Part shown: piece by piece, positions 14,330-27,831 of the stretch
Numbering within the stretch: position 1 is the first letter of the stretch
How the letters are laid out: every line of letters begins with the position of its first letter
From: Octopus vulgaris
Lineage: Eukaryota
Length of the DNA stretch: 64,000 bases
Reading direction: 5' to 3'
Assembly: GCA_951406725.2 (NCBI GenBank)
Contig: OX597837.1
Span: forward strand, 5,642,001-5,706,000
Program-made: the position numbers and the translations under genes
Notes under the pieces: model-generated
What the model was told of the DNA's origin: nothing
What the model saw: the letters and a program-made list of their open reading frames with translations, nothing else
The model's database searches: none

Positions 14330-14943
14330 CATGTATCATGTGTGTGTGTTGTTTGTAGTGTCTGTGTGTGTGCATGTGTGTGTTCGTGTGTGTATGCGTA
14401 GAGTGTGGGTGTGTGGAGAGTAACTGCTTAACCTAGTGCGTGTGTGCGTGTGTGCTTGTACGTGCGTGTGTGTGTGTAGGGATGTATGTGTCGGTTCATT
14501 TGTGTGAGAGTGTATGTATGTACGTGTATGTGTGTGCGTGTATGTGTGCGTTTGTATGTGTTTGTGTGTATGTGTGCGTGCGCGGATAGGTGTATATTGT
14601 GTATGTATATCTGTCGGTGTGTATGTGAGTTTGTGTGTGTTTGTACGTGTGTATGTGTGTGTGAGTGTATAGTATATATATATGTAAATGTGTGTGTGTG
14701 TGCGTGTGTGAGTACGTGCGTGTGAGTGAATGTATGTATATATGTGTGCGTGTGTGTATAGTGTAGAGGCTTATATGTGTGTTTATATGTTTATATATGT
14801 GTGTGTATGTATGTGTGTATGTGTGTATATGTGTTTATATGTTTATATGTGTGTGTATATGTATGCGTGTGTGTATGTATGTATGTGTGTATGTGTGTGT
14901 GTATGTGTGTATGTATGCGTGTGTGTATGTATGTATGTGTGTA

Positions 14944-14980
<37 letters not shown>

Positions 14981-15294
14981 ATGTATGTGTGTGTGTATGT
15001 ATGTGTGTATATGTATGTATGTACGTACGTAGGTATGTATGTGTGTGTGTGTGTGTAAGTGTGTGTGTATGTATGTATGTACGTATGTGTGTATGTATGT
15101 ATTTTTGCATGCGTGTATGTGTGTATATGTGTGTGTATGTATGTGCGTATGTATGTATGTATGTATGTGTGTGTATGTGTGTGTGTGTATGTGTGTGTAT
15201 ATATGTATGTATGTGTGTGTATGTATGTGTGTGTGTGTGTGTGTGTATGTGTGTGTATGTATGTGTGCGTGCGTGTGTGTGTATGTGTGTGTGT

Positions 15295-15328
<34 letters not shown>

Positions 15329-15437
15329 ATGTATGTTTGTGTATGTATGTATCTATGTATGTATGTGTGTATGTATGTGTGTATACATGTATGTGTGTAT
15401 GTGTGTGTGTATGTATATGTATGCGTGTGTATGTATG

Positions 15438-15468
<31 letters not shown>

Positions 15469-16361
15469 GTGTGTATGTAAGTGTGCGTGTATGTATGTAT
15501 GTACGGGTGTATGTGTGTAAGTGTGTAAGTGTGTGTGTGTATGTGTATGTGTATGTATGTATGTATATGTACGCGTGTGTGTATGTATGTATGTGTGTAT
15601 GTGTATCTGTGTATAGTATGTATGTGTGTGTATGTATGTATGTGTGCATGCGTGTATGTGTGCATGTGTGTGTCTGTATGTATGTATATATGTATGTATG
15701 TATGTATATATGTGTCTATGTATGTATGTATGTATGTATGTATGTATGTGTGTATGTGTGCGTATGTATGTGTATATATGCATGTATGCGTGCACGCGTG
15801 TATGTGTGTATGTGCGTGTGTGTACGTATGTGTGTATATGTATGTGTGTGTATGTATGTATATGTATGTGTGTGTGTATGTGTGAATGTATCTATGTGTG
15901 TGTGTATGTGCGTGTGTATGTATGTGTGTATTCGTGTATGTGTGTATGTGTGTGTGTATGTATGTATATGTATGTGTGTGTATGTGTGTGTATGTGTGTG
16001 TGTATGTGTGTGTGTGTGTGTGTGTATGTATGTTTGTGTGTGTATGTATTTGTGTATGTATGTATGTATGTATATATATATGTGTATATATATATATATA
16101 TACGACAGGCTTCTTTCAGGTTCCATCTACCAAATCCACTCACATGCTTTGGTCGGCCCTCGGCTATAGTATGTATATGTATATGTATGTATGTGTATGT
16201 ATATATGTGTCTATGTATGTATGTATGTATGTATGTATGTATGTGTGTATGTGTGCGTATGTATGTGTATATATGCATGTATGCTTGCACGCGTGTATGT
16301 GTGTATGTGCGTGTGTGTACGTATGTGTGTATATGTATGTGTGTGTATGTATGTATGTATA

Positions 16362-16392
<31 letters not shown>

Positions 16393-16600
16393 GTGTGTGT
16401 ATGTGTGTGTATGTATGTGTGTATTCGTGTATGTGTGTATGTGTGTGTGTATGTATGTATATGTATGTGTGTGTATGTGTGTGTATGTGTGTATGTATGT
16501 GTATGTGTGTGTGTATGTGTGTGTATGTATGTTTGTGTGTGTATGTATGTGTGTATGTATGTATGTATGTATATATATGTATATATATATATATATACGA
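14330..16600. repeat. Long degenerate (GT)n/(GTAT)n low-complexity tract with an internal duplication of about 495 bp
   Basis: The SINE A fragment atacgacaggcttctttcaggttcc...ctcggctatagta appears at about 16102 and 16597 with the preceding tract duplicated. Confidence 0.9.
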
Positions 16601-16721
16601 CAGGCTTCTTTCAGGTTCCGTCTACCAAATCCACTCACAACGCTTTGGTCGGCCCTCGGCTATAGTAGAAGACACTTGCCCAAGATGCCAAGCTACTTAC
16701 CACACAGCCACTCCTGCGCCT
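16596..16721 (-). mobile_element. SINE A 5' part (internally deleted)
   Basis: Ends ctacttaccacacagccactcctgcgcc; followed by (CTA)n. Confidence 0.85.
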
Positions 16722-16722
16722 A

Positions 16723-16784
<62 letters not shown>

Positions 16785-17700
16785 TTACTACTACCACTAC
16801 TACTAATAATAATGACAGCGCCAACAATTGGCGGCATACGCTCTTGCTTTAAGTACGATCTGTACATGTAGATTTAAGTGCTTGGAATATCTCCAAAGCG
16901 ATCGTTAGGTATTTCGCCACTGTTTATTTCAAATTCTACAAATACTATTTATCTGTAGCTGGTTCCTGGCATGGCGCTCCCTCCTCCCACCTTCACTGTC
17001 TCCATAACAACCGAATCAATTCGAATGAGGCGAGAATGAAACAAAAAAAAATAACCAAGAAAGATGTAACTGTCAAGACCATTCGCTCCATTGAACAAAC
17101 AGGATCCTAGCAATTTACTTGGTATCATGTACGTATCATGTAAAGACATTTCTATCGCCTGAATTGGAACGGCACCAAACCAGAAGCACACACTTGATCA
17201 ACATCAGTGAAGTCAACAGAATATCAGAGCCTGGACGTGGTCTTTCGCTATGCTAAATATAGCAATCAAAACCGTCCTCAAATCAAAATACCAATCATCT
17301 TTAAACATGGTTACACAATGACTGAAAATTCGTGTCCTGATGGTTACAGTTTGGCTCAGAATCCTGATGTCGCCGGTTCGATTCCGGGACTTAGCAATGT
17401 GTGGTGTCCTTCAGCAAGGTACTTCATTGTACGTTGCTTCAGACTAGTAATACTTTCTTACAGCACTGGCCCGGAAAGAATGAAGTCAAGCATTGGCGTC
17501 GGTGTCATTTGAACTCAAAGTTAAGAGATCTGGATTAACTACTACAAGGTATTTTGTCGTACGAGCTAACCTTTCTTCTAATCTGTTCGTCGCCGCGCCG
17601 CCATTTTGAAGATTTGGTTGCTATTTTTAACATGTTGAGTGCTTTCGCTTCAGAACAGCGTTAACAAAGCAAACTTCTGATGAAAAGACTTTCCTTGGCG

Positions 17701-18003
17701 GTGACCACCACGTCTATTACAAGACGCAGTGAGACCATCACGTCTATTAAAAGACGCAATGAGACCACCGCGTCTATTACAAGACGCAATGAGACCACCG
17801 CGTCTATTACAAGACGCAATGAGACCACCACGTCAATTACAAGATGCAGTGAGACCACCACGTCTATTACAAGACGCAATGAGACTACCATGTCTATTAC
17901 AAGACACAATGAGACCACCACGTCTATTACAAGAAGCAATGAGACCACCACGTCTATTACAAGACGCAATGAGACCACCACGTCTATTACAAGACGCAAT
18001 GAG
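17701..18003. repeat. 30-bp minisatellite, 10 copies (GAGACCACCACGTCTATTACAAGACGCAAT)
   Basis: Ten consecutive units with only point differences; each has an internal inverted repeat CGTCT-ATTACA-AGACG. Confidence 0.95.
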
Positions 18004-18391
18004 TCTGAACTGCATCATCCAACGAGTATTTGCCTAACTTTTACACGGTAGATTGTGTTTTAGGGGAGATTTGGCTGCTATTTCTCGTAGATTTGTATTA
18101 CCACATAGCCGTTCACATTATTGTTGTCCTAACTGCTGGAATGTTTCATGATCAAAGACATTTGGTCCATGAAAAATGAATTCTTTCTTTAGCGATCAAG
18201 TTTCTCTTTGTCTGCTGTCTCTCAATCAAAGATCAACGAAAGCCTGGGGTTGATAGATGTAATTACAAACAAGTAGTCAATATTCTCTGTCTGACTGTTT
18301 ATTTGTTTGTCTGTCTTTCTATCTGTCTGTCCCTCTCTCAATCGTACACACATATCCACATATTGCCTATCAGGTTTAACTACAATATACT

Positions 18392-18610
18392 TATTTCTTT
18401 ATTACCCACAAGGAGCTAAACACAGAGGGGACAAACAAGGACAGATAAACGGATCAAGTCGTTTATATCGATCCAAGTGCGTAACTGGTACTTAATTTAT
18501 CGACCCCGAAAGGATGAAAGGCAAAGTCAACTTCGGCGGAATTTGAACTCAGAACGTAGCCGCAGACGAACTACGGCAACGCATTTCGCCAGGTGTGCTA
18601 ACGTTTCTGC
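18392..18610 (-). mobile_element. SINE family B with 9-bp TSD
   Basis: Matches 29390-29620; caatatact at 18383-18391 and 18610-18618. Confidence 0.9.
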
Positions 18611-18680
18611 AATATACTGGGTTGCCTCAAGAAATAGTGGAGGGTCAAGTAAGGGCTCAGCAACGTTTTCTCAACTAGCA

Positions 18681-19070
18681 TTTTATTTATTTTTATTATT
18701 TTATTTTATCTAGTTTCAGCTCACGAGCTGTGGCCATGCTGGGGCACCGCCATTTGGTGTTGCTACATGATTTTACTTCACGACGGCTTTTTAGCAATTG
18801 CTATTTGGTGCATGAGAGAGTTCGATGCAGCTGCCCTCATCTGCACCTCCTGCCGTGAAGTTGGTTCATCTGGGACACCTGACAGGAAGAGATCCAGTTT
18901 TATTTTAAAGACATCTGCATCCACCCCATGCAGGTCTCTCAGGTTCTTCGGGAGGATATTGAAGAGCTGTGGACCTCTGAAGCCCAGGCTATCACAGTAT
19001 CTTGTCCTACATCTTGATGGCAAATTTGGAGTCCTAGGCACTATGCAGTGGCGCCCAGTTCTAGCATGCT
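18681..19070 (-). mobile_element. CR1/L2-group LINE 3' end (ORF2 C-terminus, 3'UTR, A-rich tail)
   Basis: ARTGRHC..SLGFRGPQLFNILPKNLRDL..DVFKIKLDLFLSGVPDEP is typical of the CR1/L2-like ORF2 C-terminus. Tail ggcggtgccccagcatggccacagctcgtgagctgaaac plus (ataaa)n. Confidence 0.85.
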
Positions 19071-19789
19071 GAGAAAACCACCCAGAGTTAAACATCTAAC
19101 ATGGTGGACGTGTGCAGAACGATGTAATGTGCGGTACATTAGAATTAAAAGAAGAAAAATTGCTTGATGCAGGACTAAATGGATTTTCAACATAACAATA
19201 CATAAAACGACGATGACGACGACGACTACGACGTTGGCGATGGCAACGACACCTACATATTGAACACATTTAAAAGTTCTCAGTTATATCGAGGCGGGGG
19301 AGTTCTTCCCCGTAAGTATTCTTCTGCTGTCGTGATGCATCACAAAATATTTCGATGCGTGACCCCTTTAGCATAGGGGCCAGTTAAAATACTCGGTAAT
19401 ACAGAGCAGAATTTTCCACGTAGAAATTCTTATTCGAGTCACGCATGAAGTCCATATGACGAGACTAACAGAATCGACAATGGAATCTATAAATGCCAAC
19501 AATATATAATAGATTGTTATTATATAAGTCAGAATATCTTTGTTGATTTCTGTAGAAATATAATTTCAGCATATGGAAGGTAATAGTGTGAGTCAACTCC
19601 ATTAAATTATACCAGAAATTGACGGAGGTTGTGACAGAAAATTGGCTGAGATTCATCAATTTTAGAAAGAGGCATGTGACAAAAGAAATATAGGAAATAT
19701 CTACTCATGTATACACGAAGGGAAGCGGACACGAACGTATTTAGAAACAGCAAAGCATTCTCACAGATACATACATAGGTCCATACAAA

Positions 19790-19860
<71 letters not shown>

Positions 19861-19890
19861 ATATATATATATATATATACATATATATTC

Positions 19891-20342
19891 TTTCTTTTAT
19901 TCTTTATTTTTATTTGTTTCAGTCATTTGACTGCGGCCATGCTGGAGCATCGCCTTTAGTCGAGCAAATCGACCCCAGGATTTATTATTTGTAAGCCTAG
20001 TACTTGTTCTATCTGACTCTTTTGCCGAACCGCTAAGTTACTACGACGTAAACACACCAGAATCGGTTGTCAAGCAATGTTGCGGAGACAAACGCAGACA
20101 CACAAGCACTCACACACACACACATACACACACACGCACGCACACGCACATGCACGCACGCACACACACACACATATATATATATACATTTACGACGGGC
20201 TTCTTTCAGTTTCCGTCTACCAAAATCCACTCACAAGGCTTTGGTCGGCACAGTGCTATAGCAGAAGACACATACCCAAGGTGCCACACAGTGGAACCAT
20301 GTGGTTGGTAAGCAAGCTGCTTACCACACAGCCACTCCTGCG

Positions 20343-20344
<2 letters not shown>
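19891..20344 (-). mobile_element. SINE family A, full length
   Basis: Homologous to 3099-3500; internal (CA)n expanded; flanked by (TA)n. Confidence 0.9.
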
Positions 20345-20384
<40 letters not shown>

Positions 20385-21069
20385 TAATTATATATATTTA
20401 TACAAATAAGTATATCTTTGTCTTTCAGCCTCTCTCTCTCTCTACATACACAAACACACATATGTATATATATATATTGTGTTGAGTCGAAAGTTTTGCC
20501 ATAATTTCGTGACTCAGTTGCTTTATTCGTCAAGGCACAACACAAACATTTGAGGTAGAAGGGCCATCATATTGCACCGTCTGATGTCACCTTATTACTT
20601 GCTCCGCTCCATAGCCCAGCTACCGCGCTGGCGACGCTGCATCAACCAAGGGGAGGTGCAATACTGCTTTCCTTGAAATTAAGTAAGGGTTGGTAACAAG
20701 AAGGGCATCCAGCCGTGCAGTATATACGTCAATAAATTCCATCTGACGCACGCAATCAGCGGAAAAGAGAGGCAAAAACAATGATGATGGCGATAATGAT
20801 GATGATGATGATGTTGATGATGATGAAATATATATCAGATAACACACGGAGTATACAAATAAACCAAACGAAACACAACTTGATCGATATGAAGACCAGT
20901 TTTGTTTTTCCAATATAACTAGCAAAACAACTTTGATTGAATTACGTTATCTATTTACAAAATAAATATACGATTCTATAACTTTACACTGAGATCATAA
21001 TGGCGCGAAGTGCATCAGTGGATAGATGATTTGTGTTAAGAAATAAAACGTAAATAATAATATTGGTTT

Positions 21070-21366
21070 TAAGTTTTGGCACAACGCCAATCGATTCCAT
21101 CGACCCCAGTGTTCAACTGGTACTTATTTTATTGGCCCCGGGACGATGAAAGAAAAGGTTGACCTCGGCAGAATTAGAACGCAGAGCATAAAGAGGACCG
21201 ACGATAAGCATGGACCTCAGTGATTCACTGGTACTCAATTTATCGACCCCGAATGGATGAAATTCCTAAGTCGACCTCAATGGAATTTGAACTCAGAACG
21301 TAAAAACGGACCAAAGCCACAAAGCATTTTGTCTGACGTGCTAACGATTCTGTCAGCTAGCCGCCT

Positions 21367-21433
<67 letters not shown>

Positions 21434-21605
21434 CATAATCCTTGGCCTGAAATTTTAGGGGAGGGGACTAGTCCATTACATCGACCCTCAGGGTTTCACT
21501 GGTACTTAATTCATCGACCCCCAAGAGGATGAAAGGTAAAGTCGACCTCGCTGGAATTTGAACTCAGGACATAACGGCATACGAAACATTGCTAAGCATT
21601 TCCCC
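21070..21605 (-). mobile_element. Three degenerate SINE B fragments in tandem with an (AAT)n
   Basis: Repeated ctggtact..tttatcgacccc..gatgaaa..gtcgacctc..gaatttgaactcag modules. Confidence 0.75.
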
Positions 21606-21834
21606 CGTAGGTTGTAGCCAAATTACTATATAGGATTTGAACTCATGTCTAAGTTCTTGTCTTTATGATGATCTTGTAATCAAGATAGGGAATGGAGGAG
21701 ACGGAAGGAAACGGAGACAGACAGAGAAGAGAAAATGCAAGTGTTTTTGTTCCGTAATCAAGTAAAGATTATTGGATCTGTCCGGATTCACAGGCACACA
21801 GAGAGCTAAATGCACAAACACAGAGTAAAATTAA

Positions 21835-21837
<3 letters not shown>

Positions 21838-21872
<35 letters not shown>

Positions 21873-21928
21873 GACATATACATATACAAATACTATACAT
21901 AAAAACATATATATATATATATATAAAC

Positions 21929-21977
<49 letters not shown>

Positions 21978-21993
21978 CATAAATGTATATACA

Positions 21994-22026
<33 letters not shown>

Positions 22027-22122
22027 GTATATACATGTATACACACAGATATGCGTGTCTGTGAGTTTTTGTGAGAGTACTATATTAGCAGGTGAAAGAG
22101 AGTAAAATGAGTAGGAAATTAA

Positions 22123-22160
<38 letters not shown>

Positions 22161-22192
22161 TAAATACCCACATGCACAGACATATGTATATG

Positions 22193-22257
<65 letters not shown>

Positions 22258-22462
22258 ATCTGTGTGCATATGTATAGACACACACCGATACGAATATATA
22301 CGTGTGAGCATGTTTACGTAGACATGTTTCGAAAATTCTAGAAAGGAAATTTAAATGATTTCCGATGCCAGCAGCTATCCGTGGGTCCCATATCGGTTAA
22401 TTAATAACATACGCAGAGAAACAATCTGGCAACCAGTAAGCAATTCCCAGTACATACCTTGC

Positions 22463-22513
<51 letters not shown>

Positions 22514-22556
22514 CATATATATATACATATATACATATATATGTATACATATGTAC

Positions 22557-22609
<53 letters not shown>

Positions 22610-22643
22610 TACATATATATATGTATATATATATATATACATG

Positions 22644-22681
<38 letters not shown>

Positions 22682-22794
22682 CATATATATATACATATAT
22701 ATATATACACATATATATACATACATATATATACATGTATATATATATATTTATATATATATGCATATGTATATACGTATTTATATATTTATAC

Positions 22795-22827
<33 letters not shown>

Positions 22828-23050
22828 TTAATAAAAGGAATTCCAACCTTGTCTGATTTTCACGTTTTATTTTCAATCTTATAATGTATATATGTATATA
22901 TATATATACATGTATATATATACATATATGTATATATATATATTTATAAATATATGTATGCATATTTAGATATATATGTGTCTATATGAACATAGAAACA
23001 CACACAGATACACACACGGATACACACACACATATATATATATATAAAAT
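21838..23050. repeat. Compound (TA)n/(TACA)n/(CA)n microsatellite field
   Basis: Directly visible. Confidence 0.9.
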
Positions 23051-23414
23051 CTGTATCCATGTATATACAATATATGCCGATATTTGTACATATATATTTC
23101 AATGTTATTTACTGCAGTAAAAATGAAATAACATAAAAAGCGTTAGAAAATCTATACTTAAATGGAAAAAGCTGGACAATTTCTATAACGATTCAATGTT
23201 TTTCATATTTGCAATCCATTGAAACTGGTTGGGTTATGTTTGAGAAAGACGATACCAACATAAGGGTGTCGGCTGAAACTTTCATAGGCCGACCAAGTTA
23301 CTCTTAAGAAATGTGACCCGATGAGATAGATATATATATACGTAGATTGATGGATAGATAGTTTGATAGATTGACAGATAGATAGATAAATTAAGTAGAT
23401 AGATTGATAGATAT

Positions 23415-23455
<41 letters not shown>

Positions 23456-24269
23456 GATAGAGAGAGAAAGAAAAAGAGAGAGGGTGAGAAATGTGAAGAT
23501 AGAGATTAATAATTGGGCAGAACTGACATAAGGGTTTTCTCTCTCCTCATATACCTGAAGAAAAATATACTCACACATATAAACAGAGAGAGTGAGTGAG
23601 AGAGAGAGAGAGAAAGAAAGCGAGAGAGATAGAAAGAGAGAGAGAGAAAGATTGAGAGGGAGAGAAAGAGTGAGAGAGAGATACACAGACAAAGATAGAG
23701 AGATACACAGACAGAGATAGAGAGATACACTGACAGAGATAGAAAGAGATAGAGAAAGAGAGACAGACAGACAGAGACAGAGAGAGAAAGCTGAGAGGAA
23801 GAAATCGAGCGAAACAATATAATGCCTCGTGCCAAATAAGTCAGTGTCGAATCAGCGACGCCAATAGGCTCTGCCAAATCAACTGCGCCAACACGTCTCT
23901 TTCTCGAATACCGGAAGCAGCGGTTTGGTAGATCCAAAAGGGAAGCATGGAAAATCAGTTCGTTTCACACTATCATGCTGATATACACTTTGTTGATAAA
24001 GTGGGATTTTTCCGTGTGGTTATGAATATCGATATATTGAAGTTGTTAATCAATATTAACGTAAATATTTTTGTTGACATTCAGGTTATCCAAACTGAAT
24101 AAATGAAAATTTATTCACGTGACAAGAGAATCACCTCTGCAGTCATACATCATCGCTACATACGTCTTAAATGAAAAAAATCCAGTAAAATATATTTAGG
24201 AGACACTACACATCACAATATATATATATTTATATATATATATATATATACACATATATATATATATAT

Positions 24270-24465
24270 GATAGATCGTTAGCTACTACACGCATATTTT
24301 TTCTCTCTTTGTTTCTCTCCTTGTTTTTTCTGTGTATCTTTCTGTCGAAGAGCATAGGCTCGAAACGTAAAATACTTTTTCTGTTCCTGAGCGATATACT
24401 AATACATTTGTTTGTTTGTACTCCACCTGCCTTCGTCTTTTGTTTATTTTCGTAAACTTTCCTTT
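24270..24465 (+). mobile_element. Hammerhead-motif element family E
   Basis: ctttCTGTCGAagagcataggctcGAAAcgTAaaa at 24338-24373; flanked by (TA)n and (TATC)n. Confidence 0.7.
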
Positions 24466-24479
24466 TATATCTATATCTA

Positions 24480-24565
<86 letters not shown>

Positions 24566-24569
24566 TATA

Positions 24570-25190
24570 TCTCATTTACTGGCCTTTATGAATTCATTTA
24601 TCGACACTCACAAAAATCAGTGAGGTTATGGAAAAGAATTGCTACTGAATTGCTCTCAAATATATAAGTGCCAAGAGATCTTCCAGCACAACAGATGACA
24701 GCTCCTATTGTATCTACTTGTCAACCACTTCTTCACTCCTGGACATCTCACTGGCCTCCGATCTCAGTTCGCTATTCGCAGAGCGTTCTTTCAGTTCGAG
24801 TTTGTCTGCTTTATATCCACAATTCTTGGTTGCCAACGACAAATCTGATTGAACAAATTTCCATTGACGTGCTCACAAGCGAATGTTGACTTGACCAGAT
24901 TTCAATGATTCCTACTTGTTTACAAAGAATGATCATTGGTCAGATTTTTGCCGACGCCATTCAAAAAATTTGAGTGCGGATTTTAGTTGTCATTGATTAG
25001 ATTTTTTTATGAAGTCATCATTGAATTTACAAAATTCTTGTAACGAACAATATGGTCAACGTACAATTTGAGGCATAGCGCTGCCACATTCTATTAATGA
25101 TGGCGTAAAAATGTTGGTACTCGGCATCTATCAAATTTTCGGCAGTTGCTTGTAGGTTCCTTGGGTGTAAAAATTTCTAGCAGCACTGAC
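24570..25190 (-). mobile_element. Possible decayed hAT-type DNA transposon remnant
   Basis: Minus-strand end cagtgctgctagaaa resembles a CAGTG hAT TIR; weak hAT-dimerisation-like peptide remnants only. Confidence 0.3.
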
Positions 25191-25729
25191 ATGTATAAAT
25201 AATATATCAACTTATGCTTATTGAGTTTACTATCGCCTGCTGATGAAAGCGATGTATGTGTATATAAACTTACGTATACGTTTTTGCTACAACACTGGAT
25301 ACATATCCAAGGAAATGATATTTTGTATCTTTAAGTTAATGCATGTAGCATGCTTGCTTTTAACATGTCATATCGTGTTACAATGCCATTTAATTCATAT
25401 CAATGGCAGTTCCTCAGAAAAACATTTTATTAGGTTATGTTGACACAGTTCAAATGAATAGCACATGATGCACATAGACACAATATTGAAACGTGCGTAG
25501 GGAACAATTACTTTAAAATATATCTTGTGTTTACCATACTTTTCCCCGTATTTACTCCTTATTTCTTAATACTACTAAGCAGAACAGTTACTACATGACA
25601 TAAACGAATGTAGACTGGGTGATCATACTAAACGTGGAGCTCTAAACACGACAATAGTAGTCGGAAATCTAACGGTAAACAGGAAATCAAACATCAAGAC
25701 GGGGAAAGACAAAAGTTCTCATGAATCAT

Positions 25730-25950
25730 ACACTCATAAAACCGGTTTCCTGGATTCTGTGGTGGATATACTCCTCCGTCGACGGGATGTCGGTCCGTGC
25801 CATTGCTACATATTTTTGCTATTAGATGGGACTGGAGCAACGCGAAAACGACGTGTTCTCCTCGAGAACACAACGCATAGCCAGGTGAGGAATCGAAACT
25901 GAAATCTTATGACCACGAGTGCAACACACTAACAACTATGCCACGCGCCC
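25730..25950 (-). mobile_element. SINE family C-related copy, degenerate
   Basis: ggactggagcaacgcgaaa..gaacacaac..ggaatcgaaact..ccacgcgcc matches 62985-63100. Confidence 0.7.
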
Positions 25951-25999
25951 CAACGAACACAAGAAATATTACATACACACACACACACACACGCACACT

Positions 26000-26031
<32 letters not shown>

Positions 26032-26084
26032 CACATATGTATGTATAATATCCCAACTATAACTTGGTCTGATACTCCAGATTA

Positions 26085-26155
26085 TACAGTTCTGCATTTA
26101 AGAGATGAGGAATTATGGACATTATTTACATTATTTACATTTGATTGATATTTTG
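26085..26155 (-). mobile_element. 3' tail fragment of SINE family D, inverted
   Basis: Reverse complement of 55860-55926 (caaatgtaaataatgtaaataat...cctcatc.cttaaat..agaactgta). Confidence 0.7.
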
Positions 26156-26372
26156 TGTCTGCACATAGACATATATACACGTGTAATGCATATGTTTATA
26201 CACACATACATATATATATATACATATATCTTTGTGCATGTGTGTGTGTGTGCGTGTTTGTGTGTGTGTGTGTGTGTGTGTGAATAAAGGATTACATGCT
26301 CGTCATCAACATTGTAGCAGAATGAATTTAGGGAGAAAATGACCCAACTATAATTTGGAGTGCATTATTTAA

Positions 26373-26483
26373 GGAATATGGCGTAGTGGTTTAGAGCGCG
26401 GGCTACTAACCCCAAGATTCCGAGTTCGATTCCAGGCAGTAACCTGATAAACGATAATGATAACAACAACAACAACAATAATG

Positions 26484-26524
<41 letters not shown>

Positions 26525-26693
26525 TTCGAAAAATATCTTAGGAATGAGAACCCAGGTTCGAAATTCCCTCAAGACACCTGATGAAGGCTGGAGGGTATAT
26601 CAGCCGAAACGGTGTATTAACAACAAACAAAATGAGGCCAAATATCCGTCAAATGTAAATAATTTAAATAGTGTAAATAATTCCTCATCTCAT
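26373..26693 (+). mobile_element. SINE family D: tRNA-like head, (AAT)n, hammerhead motif
   Basis: A box TGGCGTAGTGG, B box GAGTTCGATTCC, (AAT)n, then GACAC-CTGATGA-a-GGCTG..CAGCC-GAAAC at 26573-26618. Second copy at 55563. Confidence 0.8.
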
Positions 26694-26741
26694 GAGATTT
26701 TTATTCCCATTGCAAGCTACTTGATACGATCAGTATTTTAA

Positions 26742-26792
<51 letters not shown>

Positions 26793-27222
26793 TTTGTATG
26801 TATATATGTGTGTGAATGTGTGTGTGTATGTGAATGTATATATGTTTATATGTATGTGTTAACATGTGTGTGGATGTGTATGTCTCTGAGCCAAAATATG
26901 ACATTTAGATCTAAGAACGTATGACTAGTTTCGTGTTTGTGACGTCTGGAGGTACGCTGAACTGAATTCCATAAAAGAACTGAGTACATAAAGACAATAA
27001 GAACATGAAGAAAAAGATAGCATGTGAGTGTGTGTGTGTGTATGTGTGTGTGTGTGCGTGTATGTTGTATGTCGGTGACTGCACAGTATTTGCAATTAAT
27101 TTGTCCAGAGCATCACACAGACGCACGCCCATATATATATATACATCATATATATATATATGCATATATATATGCATATATATATATATATGCATATATA
27201 TATATATGCATATATATATGCA

Positions 27223-27264
<42 letters not shown>

Positions 27265-27729
27265 CATGTATATATATACATATATATATACATATATATA
27301 TAAATATACATATATATATATACATATATATATATACATATATTTATATATATATATATATATATAGATAGATAGATATATAGATGTAGTCTGTGTTTTG
27401 TGCCCCACCCCCTCTGGTAATATTATTCGAAATTACCGTCGTAAAACGTATGTCGTCGATATATTGTAAAGATAATTAAATATTGTGCATACATAAAAAC
27501 AAAGAGTGGATGTACCCATACACTTATACACCCACAGACACAGAACCACAAATATAAACAGACTCACACACATACGTATACAGATATATATACATATATG
27601 TGTTTGTGCGTGTATGTGTGCGCTGGCGTCTCTGTGTATATGTGCGCCAACAGTGCACTCATATACAGAAAAAGCATATATATACATACTCATATATATG
27701 CTTATAAGTATTATAATATATATAGAAAC

Positions 27730-27831
<102 letters not shown>

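Noticed and set aside
14486-16871. Long Cys/Val/Tyr/Met and His/Thr ORFs
   Set aside because: They are frames of (GT)n/(GTAT)n low-complexity DNA.
17701-18003. CRISPR-like appearance (30-bp palindromic repeats)
   Set aside because: Units are contiguous with no unique spacers, there are no cas genes, and the context is eukaryotic.
26373-26446. tRNA genes at SINE heads (also 510, 2099, 29390, 55563)
   Set aside because: A/B boxes are present but no complete cloverleaf or acceptor stem is evident, and each continues into a repeated SINE body.
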